Assembly: GCA_964541235.1 (NCBI GenBank) | Contig: CAZIPI010000014.1 | Coordinates: 666 to 64,665 of the forward strand | From: an uncultured bacterium | Lineage (GTDB): Bacteria; Fermentibacterota; Fermentibacteria; Fermentibacterales; JCC-6 | Direction: 5' to 3' | Length of the DNA: 64,000 nucleotides | Shown: piece by piece, positions 62,417-64,000 of the stretch | Position numbering within the stretch: position 1 is the stretch's first letter | Layout of the letters: each line of letters begins with the position of its first letter | The notes under the pieces: model-generated | What the model was told of the DNA's origin: nothing | Databases searched by the model: none | Seen by the model: the letters and a program-made list of their open reading frames with translations, nothing else | Made by a program: the position numbers and the translations under genes

Positions 62417-63805
62417 TTGATCAAGGAATACACCACAACCGTTGAGATCTCCGGCCCGCTGATGCTTGTGGACGGAGTCTCTGATGTGAGCTTCGAGGAG
62501 CTGGTGGAGATCGAACTTCCCTCGGGCGAGATCCGGCACGGCAAGGTCCTCGAGGTTGACTCGCACAAGGCTCTGGTCCAGCTTTTCGAGGGCTCCAGCG
62601 GCACCGACCTTGACCGGTGCCGGGTTCGCTTCCTGGGAAAGGGAGTCGAGCTGGGTGTCAGCATCGAGATGCTCGGAAGGGTGTTCGACGGACAGGGAAG
62701 ACCCCGCCCCCCCTTCGATACCGCTCCCCCCATCGTTCCCGAGAAGATGGTGAACATCAACGGCGCCCCGATCAACCCCTTCGCCAGGGACTACCCTGCC
62801 GAGTTCATACAGACCGGGTTCAGCAGTATCGACGGGATTAACACCCTCGTCAGGGGGCAGAAACTCCCCGTCTTCAGCGCCAACGGCCTTCCGCACGGCG
62901 AAGTAGCGGCCCAGATCGCACGCCAGGCAAGGGTGCTCGGGAAGGGGGAGAACTTCGCCGTGGTCTTCGCCGCCATGGGGATCACCTTCGAGGAGGCGGA
63001 CTACTTCATTCGCGATTTCAAGGCCACCGGCGCCATGGACCGGGCCGTTGTCTTCCTGAACCTGGCCGACGACCCGGCCATCGAGAGGATAGCAACCCCA
63101 AGGATGGCCCTGACAGCCGCCGAATACCTGGCGTACGAGAAGGACATGCACATCCTGGTGATCCTCACCGACATGACCAACTACTGCGATGCCCTGCGGG
63201 AGATCAGCGCTGCCCGCAAGGAGGTTCCCGGAAGAAGGGGATATCCGGGCTATCTCTACACCGACCTTGCCTCGATCTACGAGAGGGCAGGCCGGATCAA
63301 GGGAAGGAAGGGGTCCATCACCCAGATACCCATCCTGACCATGCCCGAGGATGACAAGACCCACCCCATCCCCGACCTCACCGGCTATATCACCGAGGGG
63401 CAGCTCATCCTCAACCGCGAACTTCACAAGAAGGGCATCTACCCGCCGATGGACGTCATGGAATCCCTTTCCAGGCTCAAGGACAAGGGCATCGGCAGGA
63501 ACAAGACAAGGGAGGACCACTCGGACCTCTTCAACCAGCTGATGGCGGCCTATTCTGCGGGAAAGCAGGCGCGCGAGCTGTCCGTCATCCTGGGGGTCGC
63601 CGCCCTGAGCGCGCTCGACAGGCATTTCCTGGAGTTCGCCGAGGAGTTCGAGAAAAGGTACATCAGCCAGGAGGACCACGAGGACAGGGGCATAGAGGAT
63701 ACGCTCAACCTGGGATGGGAGCTTCTGAAGCACCTTCCAAGGGAGGAAATGAAGCGCATCCGTCCCGAGTACCTCGACCGCTACTGGCCAGTGGACAAGG
63801 ACTGA
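62417..63805 (+). CDS. atpB: V/A-type ATPase subunit B
   Basis: 462 aa; conserved B-subunit motifs. Confidence 0.95.
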   Translation: MIKEYTTTVEISGPLMLVDGVSDVSFEELVEIELPSGEIRHGKVLEVDSHKALVQLFEGSSGTDLDRCRVRFLGKGVELGVSIEMLGRVFDGQGRPRPPFDTAPPIVPEKMVNINGAPINPFARDYPAEFIQTGFSSIDGINTLVRGQKLPVFSANGLPHGEVAAQIARQARVLGKGENFAVVFAAMGITFEEADYFIRDFKATGAMDRAVVFLNLADDPAIERIATPRMALTAAEYLAYEKDMHILVILTDMTNYCDALREISAARKEVPGRRGYPGYLYTDLASIYERAGRIKGRKGSITQIPILTMPEDDKTHPIPDLTGYITEGQLILNRELHKKGIYPPMDVMESLSRLKDKGIGRNKTREDHSDLFNQLMAAYSAGKQARELSVILGVAALSALDRHFLEFAEEFEKRYISQEDHEDRGIEDTLNLGWELLKHLPREEMKRIRPEYLDRYWPVDKD

Positions 63806-63806
63806 C

Positions 63807-64000
63807 ATGGCTCTGCAGGTCCGAGCAACAAGAATGGAGCTGCTTCAGCTGAAGCGCCGCGTGAAGCTTGCCCGCAGGGGCCACAAGCTTCTCAAGGACA
63901 AGCTGGACGAGCTTATGCGGCAGTTCAAGATACTGATAGCAGACTACGAGGGAGCCAGGGCAAACCTGGAAAAGGAACTTCAAGGCGCATACTCGCGGTT
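63807..64000 (+). CDS. atpD: V/A-type ATPase subunit D (5' fragment, continues past window end)
   Basis: [32 protein letters not shown]. Confidence 0.8.
   Translation, partial: MALQVRATRMELLQLKRRVKLARRGHKLLKDKLDELMRQFKILIADYEGARANLEKELQGAYSR

Overview
This is a high-GC bacterial chromosomal segment that spans the replication origin. The minus strand carries rpmH-rnpA-yidD-yidC-mnmE-mnmG-rsmG-parA-parB. The plus strand carries dnaA, a DnaA-box-rich dnaA-dnaN spacer, dnaN, a DUF721/DciA-like gene, gyrB and gyrA. The remaining core metabolism comprises the following:
- A V/A-type ATPase operon in the order G-I-K-E-C-F-A-B-D, with D cut by the window end.
- A Na+-translocating methylmalonyl-CoA decarboxylase operon (mmdA, a biotin carrier, an OadG-like gene and a beta subunit) with methylmalonyl-CoA epimerase, meaB and a B12-binding mutase small subunit.
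- An iorAB-buk-ptb acid-forming fermentation cluster.
- prs, an L-asparaginase, a bactofilin, a hybrid histidine kinase next to a GAF/HD-GYP protein, and a tRNA-Ser(CGA).

Three secreted enzymes end in T9SS-type C-terminal sorting domains, which points to an FCB-group or candidate-phylum organism. The left ~11 kb is the most unusual part:
- Tandem paralogous secreted proteins carry a conserved in-frame UGA in a C-x-x-U context, followed 11 nt later by a covarying hairpin. These are candidate selenoproteins with SECIS-like elements.
- A NapH-like membrane polyferredoxin carries three extracytoplasmic Cys-rich repeats.
- One co-directional cluster encodes four signal-peptide-bearing 2x[4Fe-4S] ferredoxin-like proteins, an outer-membrane beta-barrel and a DsbD_2-like Cys-pair membrane protein. 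I read this as a possible porin/iron-sulfur trans-envelope redox conduit.

No CRISPR array, transposase or integrase was seen.
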